Below are positions 1 to 13,521 of a stretch of DNA of 64,000 nucleotides, in pieces. The position numbers and the translations under genes are program-made. The DNA comes from Vicugna vicugna. Its lineage: Eukaryota. The DNA is taken from contig MU061579.1 of assembly GCA_013265495.1 (NCBI GenBank), forward strand, positions 1,485,319 to 1,549,318. Reading direction: 5' to 3'. The notes below the pieces were generated by a model. It was not told where the DNA came from, did no database searches, and was given only the letters and a program-made list of their open reading frames with translations. Positions within the stretch are counted from its first letter, which is position 1. Every line of letters begins with the position of its first letter.

Positions 1-59
1 TGCATATTACATAAAGAGCTTACAGAATAGACTCATTTAAATTTATTTTACTCATTTTA

Positions 60-255
60 AAAATTTTTTATGGAGCAAACTTTGCTTTTCTGAGACGTAC
101 AGTGTTGAGACTTAGGGAAATGCATAGAATCAGACAGTCATCACCACAGGCAGGATACAGGATGGTACCTTCACTCAAAGGTTGCCCTCATGCTGCTTTG
201 TAGTCAAAGCTTTCCAACACTCTTTATTCCTGGCAACCACTGACCTCATCTCTAT
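60..255 (-). mobile_element. Old L1 (L1MB/L1ME-type) 3' UTR fragment
   Basis: Resembles the reverse strand of old L1 3' ends (gtcatcaccacaggcaggatacag...cctggcaaccactgacct). Confidence 0.55.
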
Positions 256-1555
256 TGAAGATATGCCAGCACATGCACTAGTTTCATTATATGCATACGT
301 TTCATAAAGTTAAATATGTATTACAACACAGTATTTTCAAAAGAAAATATATGGCTATTTGGTAACTATTAAAGAATCGAGGAAAAGATGGATAAGTGAA
401 AAATAGTGCAACATAAATTTGTGATTTCACATGCTTTTATTCTTCCCTATACCTCATTATCTCTATCTCTATACATATATTTCTAATAAAATTATCACTG
501 CAGAATTACTTTAATAATGTCTGCACATATGCAGAATATACCTGTACAGATAACTAGTTGAAAAAAGTTATTGAGTCAGATAGTTACCACCTCCAAAGCA
601 TTAATTTTTCAGAGAAATATAGTAAAAAATTTGTTATTTCACTTAATGTTAGACACAACAGGAAGTAACCTTTCACAAGAAGTTTAATATGACCCCAACT
701 AGACATGTAAAGTACATGATAATTATCGAATTATCAAATTTTATCTTTTATTTACCTGGTTTTAAACCATCCAAATTTGGAACTTCATTTATTAATAGAT
801 TTAATGTAGTTTATTGACCACCTTTCATTCTATACATAATCTCATACTTAGCTTCCCCAGTGAATCAGCTCCCACATTTTGCGCATTCATCCCTTTGCTG
901 CTTCTAAACAACAGTCTCCTTTTACAGAATCTTACTAATTGATGATTGGAAACTTGTGCTTCAATTTAACTGAGAAAATGCCCTTCATCATTGTCTGTAT
1001 TTATTAAGGATATCGGGAGTTGCATAAACGTGAGAAAGGGAAAAGTAGCCTTTCATTTGCAGTTTTTGGTATTAACCATATTGAGGGTGGGTTTTGTTTT
1101 TTTTTCCATCAGCTGATTTTGCAGCTTCCACCGAGCACCATTTGCAGAGTTTCCTTACAGCAGACAGTGATGCTAATGCTAAAATAAAGATGTTCTGGGT
1201 TTGGTGAACTATTAGGTGACCAAGATTTGTAAAACATAGGGAAACCCATATTATTTTCAGTTGCATTCTGACTGTATGCACACATTCCTTTTCAGTGTTT
1301 GCCAAGTGAGAAACCAAAGTACTAATGGTAGGGAAACATTGTTTTGGAATTTCTATTACCAAATTACTGTTTTTATCTAAGGAGAATACCTGCTTTACTT
1401 GATAAGTAAGACTTGCTCCCCAAATCTGCATAAGAAAATACTTCTGTGCTCGCAGACAATATTGAAATTGCCTTTCAGTATTTTCTAAAGGTCATCTCCA
1501 ATACTGAAAGGCTTTCTCATATTTACTGTGAGATTCTTAAGCAAAATGGTATTAA

Positions 1556-1693
1556 ATTATAAACCTCATGAGAACAAGGGTTGAGTGTATCATGTTTACG
1601 ACTGTTTTCAAGTACCTGGCATGGTGCCTGGTACAGAAATATTCAATAAATATTTACTAAGAGAATAAAGGAATACATGGATGAATGAATAAA
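1556..1693 (+). mobile_element. L2 LINE 3' end
   Basis: cctggcatggtgcctggtacag...caataaatattt followed by the tgaatgaat tail typical of L2. Confidence 0.7.
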
Positions 1694-2561
1694 GACAGTA
1701 AAACATGTGACTTAAACCTGAGATTTTTTACATCTGATTTTAACTTCAATTATATGGTGTAAACTGAAGAAAATTTGTCTTCTTCTGAAATTAATGGAAA
1801 AGCATATTATGTTAATAAGCCACAATGCACACTTAAAATTGTTATTCTTCCAACATTTTATAGAAGATAAAAACTGAAAGTGGAGAATATTATATTTATT
1901 GAAATAAGAAAAGGAAATAATTCTCTATTTTCATCGGAGGAGAATTCTGTAAATGGCCACCTAAGCAGGAGAAGCCTGGCAAAAAGAGTGTTATTGTTTT
2001 TTTCCAGAAATGAAAAAACATCCCCAGACAGCTATTTTATTTAAATATCAGCACAGATCCCAAGGGAAACATATGGAAGGAAAATGTGAAGTATCTGGAG
2101 CACACAGGACAACAAGGCCACACAAATCTTAACAGTATGTTAGCAACCAATCTCATTGGAGAGCAATTTCAATTATTTACTATCATCTATAAAACCCTAA
2201 ATAGTTACCTCAATGCTCACCTCTTCTCCTGAGGACCATCCTGGCTATTGTAGTGAATTAGAGAGCATTCTTTACAGTTCAAATTCAATTTTTTTCCATT
2301 ATGTAGAGAGAACTTCAGAAGAGAGATGAGTCCATTCCGAATGTATATTTACCTACACTTACAAGCAAATTTCTTATTTGAAAATGGGTACACAAGTGGT
2401 ATTTTGATGTGTGTATTTAACCTGTTCACAAGATATTTTAAATATCATAGTCATAATTTTGAAATGTTCACTGTGCAGTCATTTTAACTAATCCCCATCA
2501 TCTTGGTATAGTTTTCTCAGTATATAGTTTGATCCTATAGCATATACAATGGTATTTATAT

Positions 2562-2761
2562 GTCAGGTGGGCTTGAAATTAATTCCACTGGCTTTCCTGG
2601 TTTTCTGGTCTGCAGACAGCAGGTTGTGGGGCTTCTCAGGAATCATCATCATGTAAGCCTAATGTTGTAATAAATCTCCCCTTATCTATCTAAATCTATA
2701 TATTTATATCTATAGAATCTATCTTATTGCTTCTGTTTCTCTGGAGAACCCTGATGAATGC
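2562..2761 (+). mobile_element. MLT2-type (ERVL) LTR, 3' part
   Basis: tgcagacagcaggttgtggggcttctcag...aataaatctccc...ttctgtttctctggagaaccctga matches the remembered MLT2 3' end. Confidence 0.8.
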
Positions 2762-3209
2762 CGTATTAACTACAGAATTTTGAGCATGTGTTAAGAGATT
2801 TGATGGGAGGTTCAAGGATGCATAGGTTGCTGTGGATTGAGTACTGTTAGAAATCACAGACAACTTGAAGATTTAGTATTTTGGTGTTTTTTCACTGGCT
2901 TTTATTTTCTTGAATGTCAGAGGAACAGTGCATGCTGGGATTATCATTGGAAAAGGAGCTATGAAGAGAAGATCATGTTTGGTCATATTTTTGTGCTTGC
3001 AGAGTATATTTACTTTTGTCGCTCTTTAGGTATGTTTTGTAGTGGCCTTATTTATCTCTTGTTCTGTTATGGTCAGAGAGGGTCCTTGTCTGATGCTGAT
3101 ATTACAAAAAAAATGTTCAGTAAAAGAACAGTTATGGCTAACTTGATAGAAAACAAGTACCAGCTGCTAAGGATGTGTATGCTCTTTTTCAAACCAATGA
3201 GATTAGATG

Positions 3210-3440
3210 GATAAATTCTGCCAGAGGGCCACTTGAGACACAGCCTTTATGACTTTTTTGTGAACAGTCCAAAAATATCAAGCAGCTCATCTCAACTGGT
3301 TGTGGCCATCTTGACCATGGCTCCTTAAGTTGGCTTTTGCTGGTTCCCACTCTTCTGCTTCACCCCGCCCCATTTCTTTGGGATTATGCTTTCTCAGAAT
3401 CTCCCTCTGACTCTGCTTTCTGATGAACCTGAGTATGACA
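3210..3440 (+). mobile_element. Ancient ERVL LTR (5' LTR of the adjacent proviral remnant)
   Basis: Ends ctctgctttctgatgaacctgagtatgaCA, an ERVL-LTR-like terminus, and is followed directly by a PBS-like sequence. The 5' boundary is uncertain. Confidence 0.55.
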
Positions 3441-5217
3441 GTGGCCACCTGGAGGGATCCTAAAGAGTAGACATCCAGGATGAGTTTTTGGACCTACATC
3501 ACTCCTCACTCTGTTAACTAGAAGGACCAACTTACTGATAGTAATTAGAGTTCCTATTTCTCCTGCATGTAATACATCATAAATCCTATGGGTCCCACCT
3601 GTGCTTAACTGGTATGAGAAACAGTGGATCACAAAGCACCAGGATATGCTTTGACTCTGCCGCTTGAACAGTATGGGGGTAATAAAATAGTTACAACAAT
3701 TGTTGAATGGCTGGACTTTTCAATAACTGCATTTGAAGTTTCGTAAAAAGAAAATTATGGTCCCAAGGAAAACATCTGTTAGCTTAGGGCAAGCTTTGAA
3801 AGCTACAGGGCCTTTATAGCAGCTTGTAAGGAGGCTCACCTCTCCTACAGACACTGTGAATCAAGCTTAAGACCTTGAGCAACAATTGCAACACTTTGAT
3901 GTACACTCCTATGTCCAGCTTTGGTAAATTTCCTATGTCAAAGGGTAGGAAAAGCCTGGGAGGGTGATATCTAGGCTGGGGGCATCTATATAAGTGAGCC
4001 TAAGAATTCTGAAATCTCATCTGCACCTGAATCCTCTAGAGTGGGAAAAGCAATTCCTCCCCTCTTTTCTGAAGAAAGCAGCTCATCTTTTCCTTGGGAT
4101 TGTACAAAGAGCTTACACAGAGAAAGTGCCTTTGTGGATTTTTCTGGAGAATTCAGGATAGTGACTTGCAATCTTCATTGCCTCTGGGTTAAAAGTGAGG
4201 GCTGGATCTTATTATAACCCAGGGTACAAAGTACAGCCCTTGCTCTGGCAAGAAATAACCTATGCACTGAAAAAAATCACATGAGGTAGCTAATGTAGTG
4301 TGCTAATAGGCAGATGTTAGCAAGGACTAGGTAGGTAAGTACATTTGGAGTAGTTAATGGCATTGTTGTGTCAGTGTGAGGATAGAAAAGATATAAGAAT
4401 GGTTAGCAAAACATTTATGGGCAGGGGACACTAAATTATGTCTCCAGATAATAAGGATTTTCAAGGACACCTGTAGACAGCATTAATATTTTCCTGAGAT
4501 GATTCCTCAAAGTTTGGTATAGAATCAGACATGGCAAATGAGGTAGAGATTCCAGAACTTCCTTTTGCATGGCATCCAGGTTAAGCAGACAAAGGCTTTA
4601 GAATGGGATTATTTTGTATGTTTTGAAAACTCATATGAAAATGCATTTCCTCTAATGCAGCTATATAAAGGAGAGCCTAGAAGACATCATTTTCACACAG
4701 GAAAAAGAAATACATTAGACACAGGGAGTGAGGGAAGAGGGTGGGGCTCATTGGCAATTTTGAGAAGCCAGAGGTCATTGCCCTCACAGACTAGAGTTAT
4801 TGTTAGATGATGAATGAATGTTATTGGGCACTCTAGGTTTCTGGAATGGCAGATCCAATAACATTACTTGTGAAATAGATGCAATATCTAAATAAATATG
4901 ATGGTGCTTTGTCCCACAAAGATGTATAATGATGGCTAATAAATTTTAGCAGCCTTGAGGTAAAATAGACAAATGGTCAAATATAGTATTGATCAACGTG
5001 ATCAATATTAATCAAATATGGTATTAAATATTTTTTTAATTGAGACCTGCAAGCAGAAATCTAATGTTAGCCTCTGAAGTGGAAAGCAACAATCCTTTAG
5101 CTAGTTCTATTTCTAAGTCAGTTCATAGATTAACAGCTTAATAGAAGAGGGACAGGGACAGTTTCCACTGAAGAGGAGCCTGGAATATTACCTTAAATAC
5201 ATGTGTCTTTCCCAGTT
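3441..5217 (+). mobile_element. Decayed ERVL internal region (ERV3-16A3/ERVL-E-like leader plus gag remnant)
   Basis: Starts with a degenerate PBS (gtggccacctggaggga; ERVL-type tggtaccaggagtgg). Contains ERVL-internal-like motifs (cttgaacagtatggggg; gaggtagagattccagaactt; gaagagggacagggacagtttccactgaagaggagcctg). No intact ORF. Confidence 0.65.
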
Positions 5218-5368
5218 TGGAAACAAAATACCAGCAAAGAGCATCTGTGGATATTTCTCTGCACACTGTTAAACAGATAAAGACGTGTATGTCATTCAAA
5301 ATAGTTGATAAAATAACATATAGATGGAACAACAAACTTTAAATCCACCCATTTTTTGGCAAAATAGT

Positions 5369-5413
5369 TTATATACATATGTATGTGTATGTGTATATAT
5401 ATATATATATATA
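5369..5413. repeat. (TA)n/(TG)n microsatellite
   Basis: Seen directly. Confidence 0.9.
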
Positions 5414-7046
5414 TTACTGCTAGGAAAGAATGCTAATGTATATTTTCTTTTTCAGATTCTTTCATGTTAGACACTGAAACAAGTGCAAATCAGTGTTTGA
5501 AAGCTTCGGTTCATGTATAATCCACTCACCTTCATACTAATTTAAAGAGGCAGTCATTGTTTTTACCTTTGTCCGCCTTAATACATTTGACACCTTTATA
5601 TTCTTTCAAATGTAAAGAATATCTTTACTCTCAAAACCAACATATCCAGTTTGTTCATTTTTATAATTATCCCTTCTTTTTTCTTGTTTGCAATATATTC
5701 CCTTTTCCTACTCTGTGAATTCCATACATTTATTTTAAGATTTAGTTCTATGTGCCCCATTACCATATTGTGTTATAAATGTTTGTTGTTTTCCATTAGG
5801 CATATATAAAACTTAGCATGGAGCTTCACTGGGGTGACATTTTTCCCTCCCCATGACACAAACACAGTGGCTGATCTTGTGGGTAAGGGCCACAGGACAT
5901 TGGTTAAGACTCAAGCCTTTGTCTTTGTTACAATCCAAATCCTCAAGTTTCCAGAATTAAGTTCCCAGTCTAATTATCAACTGCAGTACATATAATAAAA
6001 TAAGCTCTACTCTGGTCTAGCTGGAAATTCCTCACCTGGCTTGTAGCCCTGGATTTACCCAGGCTGATGGGCAAGAGGAAAACCTCCATCCCGGTCCTTC
6101 CCACATTAGCCACCACTGATTCGGTCACACACAAGCCCATTTGTTCTCCGCGCACTTCGTAATTCCAGGCTTTCCTAAATTTACATCACAGTTTCTGCTC
6201 TGTATTGCTCTTCCTATTCTGGCCAATACTAGACTTGAAGCTCAAGAATGCACTTGAAGCCTGCCTACCATCATGGTCAGTTTGGGAATTTTTACCACAC
6301 TGTGACTGGTCCTGGTGTATGCAAATTTATAGACGTCTCATTCAGGTTTCATTAACAAACATTCACACATTGCTACACTGAATCTAACCCAATTTGTATA
6401 AAATATCGTCACATTTACTCCAAACAAAATACAGTTTGATGAAAAAACAATGATATATCTCTTTCTGAACAAAAAGAAAAACATGTCTCCTTTTATTTGT
6501 TTTCTATGTGTTTTCCAGTGCATCCCGGTTGATGAAATTGTCATCATATTACAGCATGTCTCTATGACACGTGTGACATTTGGTCAGTAGTTCTCATTTT
6601 AATCAAATGAGGACATGCTAGCAAGTTGATGATTCAATTATGGGATCTGAAACTGTAAGCTTTGCCCAGGTATGCTGTTATTGGTTTGGTTTGTTGTTTT
6701 TTTTTTCCCATATGCTTAACAATAGTCCTTTACATCTGTGGATTTTAGCTTTCTCTAGAATTTAAGGCATTACAATGTATTTAAACAACATGCCAAAATT
6801 AAAAATGTAATAGGTCCTAGAAGTTTCCAAATGGTGCCATCAAATATAAAGGTGCTATCAAGCTGAAATATGCCCTTGGGTAAAACTGCCCACTTTTTTG
6901 TAAATCCAAATATATTTGATTTTGTACTGGAAATTATTCTGCTGAATACATTATTGGCAATAGGAAAAAATTAATCAAGCCAAAAGATTGTTATAGCATC
7001 TCAGCTGCATCCTTCAACTTTGAAGTATTTAATATTCCTATTGTTT

Positions 7047-7105
7047 GTGTATGTGTGTGTGTGTACGTGTGTGTATGTGTATGTGTGTGTGTGTGTGCAT
7101 ATATA
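7047..7105. repeat. Imperfect (TG)n microsatellite
   Basis: Seen directly. Confidence 0.9.
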
Positions 7106-8899
7106 TTTTCCTAGTGAAGCTGCCAATAATTTTTTTTCTTCATTCTGTTGAAATATGTTACTTTCTAGGTGTTAATCAATGAGGTATGTTATGCAGATTA
7201 CATTTTTCCTGTGAAAAGTGTTCAGATTATGGGCAGGTTCTAAAGGTTGCTATCATAAATATGACAGTTATAAAACATAGTCAATATACTTCTAAGATTC
7301 TAAATATATCGTTCTTCCTTTATTGAACTTATAAAAATAAAAATGTATGGCAATAAAAGTTAATTTAAGAACATATTTAAATAATGTACAATGTAACGTT
7401 GCTAATGATAAAAATGACACTTTATCACAGTGGATGTCCTAGCTAAAACTAGAACAGATTCTCAGCAAAATAACTTAATATTTTAGTAAAAACTGACTTC
7501 CAATCTAATATTACTTAAATGCTGTTATAGTATTCAGTTGTTTGACAGCACTTTAGAATATATTTTATTATCTCAATAGCATGGAGAGACGAGAAATAGT
7601 TTTAGCTCTAGTTCTAAATTTCAGTAAAAAGTCATTACTCTTGTCTTCTGTGATAAGAAGTTGTATTCTGAGAAAACAAATGATCACAAGTATTTCCTCT
7701 AATATCTCTTAGTATCTTGATTGTATTGGTAGTCAAACATAAGGTCAATCTCTAAAGCCTACGCTTCTGTGGAGGAAGTCATCCTTTGATTTTGAAGAAG
7801 TAAATAAAAAAGAGCTATTTGAAGGACAGTAACAAAAATCAAGAGTATGCTGTAATTTTAATAACCTAAATGAATATGCCAGGAATAAAGTCATGCCAAC
7901 AATTAATATTTTATTGAAACATGAAATACTATGACGATTCCTCCTAGACACTAGTGGGTTATATACTTTTGACAGGGTCCTCTTTTGAGGCATTAATTTC
8001 TTTCCAGGTGTCTCAACATAGAAATCTCAAAAGAATGGGAAGTTAAATTTCCTGTCCACCTCACCTCCACTTTCAGGAGTACAGAGCACTCTTTTCCAAA
8101 GGATGTTAATGATATATTGTTTTTCAGGGCCTTACCAGGGTTTGAAAAGGGGGGAAAAAAGGGAAGACTTGAATTGACTGTAGAGGTGAAGTGCAGGAGG
8201 CTGGTTCTTGGAGGTGAAGATTGGTTATAAATTCCAGAATTGCAGAGAGGAGAAGGCTGGCAGGATAGAGAAAAAAATGGAGGTACAGGTCTCAATCCTC
8301 ATGTAACATCATGGACTTTATATGATTCTGAGGGATTAATGTATAGATATTTAGGGCCTGCAGAATTCATCAGTCACTGTGGCTTTGAGAAAGGCAGGTG
8401 AGTTTCTGCTTACCATATTTAACATTGAAGGATGCTTTCTACTTTTATTCCTCTTTTCTTTTTCTCTTTAATTTTATTAAATTTTAAAATGTAGGTATAA
8501 GACGTATATGTCACAGATCCACAGTCTATTCCAGTTCAAGTTTTTAGTTAGAATACTAAAATCCCCAGTCTCACATTTACCAAGTGGTTTGTTGAAATAT
8601 CGAATTAAACAAATAAGTTGATGGTGTTTTAGGAAAGTTTAATATATGCACCAGGCATTTTGGCAAGATTGTGGTCACTCTAAGTACAACCAAATTTCAA
8701 CTGCCTGGAAACTCTTGTTTTTGAAATATATACATAGATAGCTTTGTCTCTGCTTGTTGGGATTACTCATTCAAAATAATGATTTAAAAATGAGACACAG
8801 GAGAACATCCCTTGTCCATACTGATGAGAGTGGCAGTGTGTGATGAGCAATTATTTGTGTTATAAAAGACGTTATTGGCAAAGCTCTCAAGTGATTAAC

Positions 8900-9100
8900 T
8901 CTTGTACTCAGGATCTGCATTACCTTGTCCAAGGTGATATTGCATCTAGATAGAAGGGTAATATAGTTAGTACTTTTCCTGGTCTCATAGTCTTTTCTAA
9001 GCCTGGTTCTCCAGGTTTCAGTGAGCTTCTGTGAGCTCTTTCCTATACTTCATTGATACTCAACTTAAACAAAATAGAGTAAGTTGTTGTCTTGAAAGGA
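8900..9100 (+). mobile_element. Possible very old ERVL/MaLR LTR 3' fragment
   Basis: aagcctggttctccagg...ttctgtgagct...cttaaacaaaatagagtaagttgttgtcttg resembles old LTR 3' ends. Confidence 0.35.
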
Positions 9101-11869
9101 CACACATTGGATGGATGAACTATTTGAGACTGGTGTAAATGACAGCAGTGTTGAGGAAGCTTTCAAAATGGAAGGTTTCATAGAATGTGTCCGGTTTGAT
9201 AATTGCTAAATCTTCTTAGAGATGTTTTGATAACTTCCATATCCACATGCAGAATAAGTTTTCTTGAATGTATAAGAATGTCTAGGTCACTTGTCCTTTT
9301 GTTTTTCTTTCATTGGTTTTATAGGAAAATGTAAGATTTTCCTTGTATACTGTGTAAAGGTGTGCCTTAGTGTTATACAGAAGGAAGGAAGAATGCCAAG
9401 CTACACAATTTCCCAGAGAAACATAACACATGTGAAGTTGCTTGATCAGTATCAGAAATTTTATACAATCTAAGAAACTTAGAATAAGAGATCATAAACC
9501 AAAAATTACAGCCTCTGTTTCTGCAGAGCATTGAAACCATGTGAATGCCAACAATTTTCTTGTAAGGATCATATCATCTACCATTTTTTGAGGCGTACTA
9601 TAAATCCAGAAACAAAATACATGCCATTCTCAATCAATCAGATCATCTTGAGATGGTTTTTAAATCATACACAAGAAGAGTAGCTAATGATGTAGTAAGA
9701 GTGTAAGACTCCACTGACAGAACTTTTTTCAGTGACCCTGAGATTGAATGCAGGCATGTTGTCTTCCTGATCTTCCTTTTATTAGAGGCTCCAAAAATAT
9801 TTTGTCAAATCTATCCAAATTTGGTCAGAAAAAAGAAAAACAAATATGATCCAACACTTTTGATAAATACATAACACAAAACTTTTCAAAATAGCTGCTC
9901 AGATAGGAAAACCTAATATACAAATAGGTATTTGAGATACAAACCAATATGTCTATACACTGGAGAAGCATTTTGATGGATGTGGTGTTTCTTTCCAATT
10001 CCTGCTTCCCAAAGTAGGAGTGGAAGCCCCTGCTGAAACAAAAGAATCACATCTAACTCTATAATTTCAGCCTCTCTAATCTTTATCCACTGCACCTGGT
10101 TCATTGTCTCCATTTACTCGACCCATTTCCACAGGCTAGAGTTACAGCCTTCACTGGCTGCTGGCCAAAAATAAACAAAGCGAAGAAAAAGTGAGTCTTT
10201 GCATCCATGCCTCCCCAACACAACACCAGACAGAAAAAAAAAAAAAAAGCTTGTAATCATTACAGCATTTTTAAATAAAAGCACGCCACTATCAATATCT
10301 TATTCAATATCTTAATTTTAAAGATATTATTTAATTGTGATTTTTAAGAGTACCCTTGAAAAGAGTTACTTTTGGATCCTGTGGTGGAATTTCACTTGCC
10401 ACTGGTTTAACTGATTGTCTACATTCTGCATTTTCAATCTTGTGAATAGATACGCATGGGTTTTGCTGTAGTAAGCATTATTGCTGGAGTGTTCTGAGTA
10501 CATGCTAGGAATTTTACACATATTTTAGACGAGGGGGCTGCATCTGTGGAAATTTATATATGGAGTGTTAGGTATTACTGTACATATGCAAACTTGTTTA
10601 GAAAATATGCAAATCTCTTGTTGTTATTAATACTAACACCTGTCCAAACCATGTGTTAACTCAGAGAGAGAAAATGTATGTATTTGTTGTAATGTAGAGA
10701 TTTGCTAACATGAATATTTCTAACAATTCATTTTTATGCTTTTCTGGAAGCTTCATTTTTGGCTCCCAATCTGAGAGAATAAAAACAAACTGTACTACGG
10801 TTTTAAAAGTAGATTTCTAAGCAAATATGTTTTGATAAATGTTGAAAAGTAATCAAGAACAAAATATATTTTTGTGTGCAAAATACAATTTGAGGTTTTA
10901 ATGCTTCTCATTCAACGGATTATTCTAGATATTTTTGGTCTTCAAACTCATTGTATTGTGTAAAGCACACTTTCCTGAGCAAAAGCTGTAGTTTACACAG
11001 TAACAACCCAGCTACAGAAAAAAGTAAATGAGCTAAATGACAGATGTGATAAGGAAGAAGGGAAGGTGAATGTCTTTCTAACCAGGGGATTGGGAAAAAT
11101 TCACATGCCAGTAGACAATGTAGCCAAATCTTAAAATATAGGCAAGTATATGACATGCGAAACTGTGCCCGCCTGCTGCAGATTTTATGGAAACAGTCTT
11201 AGTTTAGACAATAGTGATAGTTTATTAGGCTACAGTTATAATTTTGTTTTATTTTTCAGTCCCATTAGTAGTTAATAGTAAAGATCATTGTATGTAAAAT
11301 CGGTTAAAAAAATTAGTGGAGACAAAAATTCTGACAGCGTCCAATGGGCTCTATTTTCAAGCCTGTGCAATGGAATGGTTGTGTGCAGTGAGTTTATTGA
11401 TCCAGGTCATGAGCCTTTCAAGCTCTGCTTTGTGATGAGGTCCTGCTGGAGAGAACAAGCCGGGCCTGCCCGGGGTTTCTTGCTCCTTTGGCTAAGGCAG
11501 ACACAGGCCCTGAGGCGCCAGCATTTGGTGTGGTCGGTGTTCTGGGATTTTGGCCATTTTAATAGGTGTATACTAGAATCTCACTATTTTTTTTTTGTAA
11601 TTCTAAAACTATGCAATAATTTGTTTACTTAATTTTTAATTAAATTTTATAACATTTTTCTATATCTCAGTTGCAATAAACAGTAGCGTGGTAAGAAAAG
11701 AATATTTAATCTTTGTTGGTATGAATCTCAGTGAAAAACACTTGAACATTTCCAAGTTACTTAGAAACACACTTGAGTCATACTTACACAAAATGTCCAA
11801 CTCTATGAGTTCAGAGGCATATAATCTGTATTTATATAATTTTTATGAATATTTATATGTAATATATTC

Positions 11870-12590
11870 TTTGTTGTTGTTGCTTTAATTTGCAATTCCC
11901 TCAAGGCATACGATGTGGAACATTTTTTCACATGCTGATTTGTTCTCTATGTATCTTTTTTTAATTGAGATGTTTGTTTTTGGCTCATTTTTAGTCAGTT
12001 TGTTGTTATTGTTGGTTTTTAAGAGTTCTTTGTGTATTTCGGATAATGATCCTTTATTCAAAGTGTATTTTGCAAAATTTTCTCAGTCTGTTGCTTGCCT
12101 TTTCACACTTTAACAGAGTCTTTCACAGAACAGAGGCTGTGTTTGTTTTATTTTAATGAAGTTCAGCTTATCAATTCTTTCTTTCACGCTTGTTGCCTTT
12201 GGTGTTGTATATATAAAGACATCTCCAAACCTAAGGTAATCAAGACTTTCTCCTGTGTCTTCTTCCAGGAGTTTTACAGTTTTGCATTTTGCATTTAGGT
12301 CTGTGATCCATTTTGAGTTAATTCTTGTGATGGATATAAGGTCTGTGTCTAGATTCATTTTTTTGCACACAGATGTCCAGTTGTTTCAGTCCCATTTGTG
12401 AAAAAGGTTACTTTGCTCCATTGCATTGCCTTTGCGTCTTTGTCATAAGTGGACTATATTTATATGGATTATTTTTTGGCTCTCTGGTCTGTTCCATTGA
12501 TCTACTTGTGTATTCTTTCACTAACATTCCACTGTTTTGTTTATGGTAGCTTTATGCTGTGTGTTAAAAGTCGGGGAGTATCAGTCCTCA
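11870..12590 (-). mobile_element. L1 (L1M-class) ORF2 3' region fragment
   Basis: ORF 12110..12370(-) MCKKMNLDTDLISITRINSKWITDLNAKCKTVKLLEE...KERIDKLNFIKIK is recognisable L1 ORF2 C-terminal sequence. A short further piece probably lies at ~11549-11604. Confidence 0.92.
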
Positions 12591-12664
12591 GGCTCCATTA
12601 AACTTAACCACCTTATAGTTAAATTAACCACTTTTAAAATGGAAGTCAGTGTGGCAGTAAATTA

Positions 12665-12916
12665 AGCAGGATGGTGAAAGGGTTAAATGAAGGCTCTGGT
12701 CTCAGACAGTTTAGGACTGAATACCAGCTCTGCTCCTTACTAGTCCCATGATGTTAGACATAGGCAATCCCCTTTGCTTGTTTAAAACTCAGTTTCCTCA
12801 TCTTTAAAATGGGAACATTGGAGGGTGAATCTCATTGCATTGTGAAATTAAATAAAATTTTGTATCTGCAGTGTTATGCAAGGTGCATCTCAAGTAAGGT
12901 GAGCTGTATCATTATT
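12665..12916 (+). mobile_element. MIR SINE
   Basis: Core ctcagtttcctcatctttaaaatggg plus the 5' ccagctctgctccttactag motif. Confidence 0.85.
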
Positions 12917-13089
12917 CTCAGTGGCAGCAGATATATTATTGATGAAGCGTTGTCAGCCAACTCTGGATTCCAATTCTTGTTCTGGGGATTAGGTAGCTAC
13001 ATAGGGTATTGTGAGTATGGAACCTAAAAACACCTAGCAAAGCCCCAGCACAAGGAAGCCCTAAGAAAATGTTAGGGAATTGGATAATT

Positions 13090-13245
13090 AGAAATCAATC
13101 TCTCCGATAGTCAATTTCCTTTTCTGTAAAAAGCATGATATTTAATACCTGCCTTTCAGTGTTCTTGCCAAAATGAAATCAGATTATACATTTAATTGCC
13201 TGCAGTAGTATAAGGACTGAACAAATTACGTCATCATTATTATAT
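13090..13245 (+). mobile_element. MIR SINE, partial
   Basis: tcaatttccttttctgtaaaa...atacctgcctttcagtgttcttg. Confidence 0.6.
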
Positions 13246-13521
13246 TATCGAGACATATTTTGACTACAGAGCTTGAAGTTTATTGTTCGCCACAGTCCAA
13301 ACTACGTCATTTGAAAAATATAGCATGTTGCATTTTTTTGGCTGTTTTAATTTAATGCACTGATTTGTTTGCTTGAATGAAAGCTAGCTCAAAAGTCCAA
13401 AATAAAAATGAGGGAAAAGGAGACCTGCTCTGTTTGAAGCAGTGGAAAATGAAGATTTCCTCTTACTGAACCCATTGCCCCTCCCATCAACGTGCCCTTG
13501 AAGTGCCTCTGTGGAAAACCA

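Noticed and set aside
1072..1431. 119-aa minus-strand ORF, and a + strand acceptor at 1112 giving DFAASTEHHLQSFLTADSDANAKIKMFW
   Set aside because: No homology recognised and no good donor; consistent with chance.
2837..3214. Longest ORF in the track (125 aa)
   Set aside because: Non-ATG start, F/C/L-rich composition typical of AT-rich non-coding DNA, and located between LTR relics.
10584..10614. Paired octamer-like motifs (atgcaaac / atgcaaat)
   Set aside because: Several such 8-mers are expected by chance in AT-rich DNA of this length.
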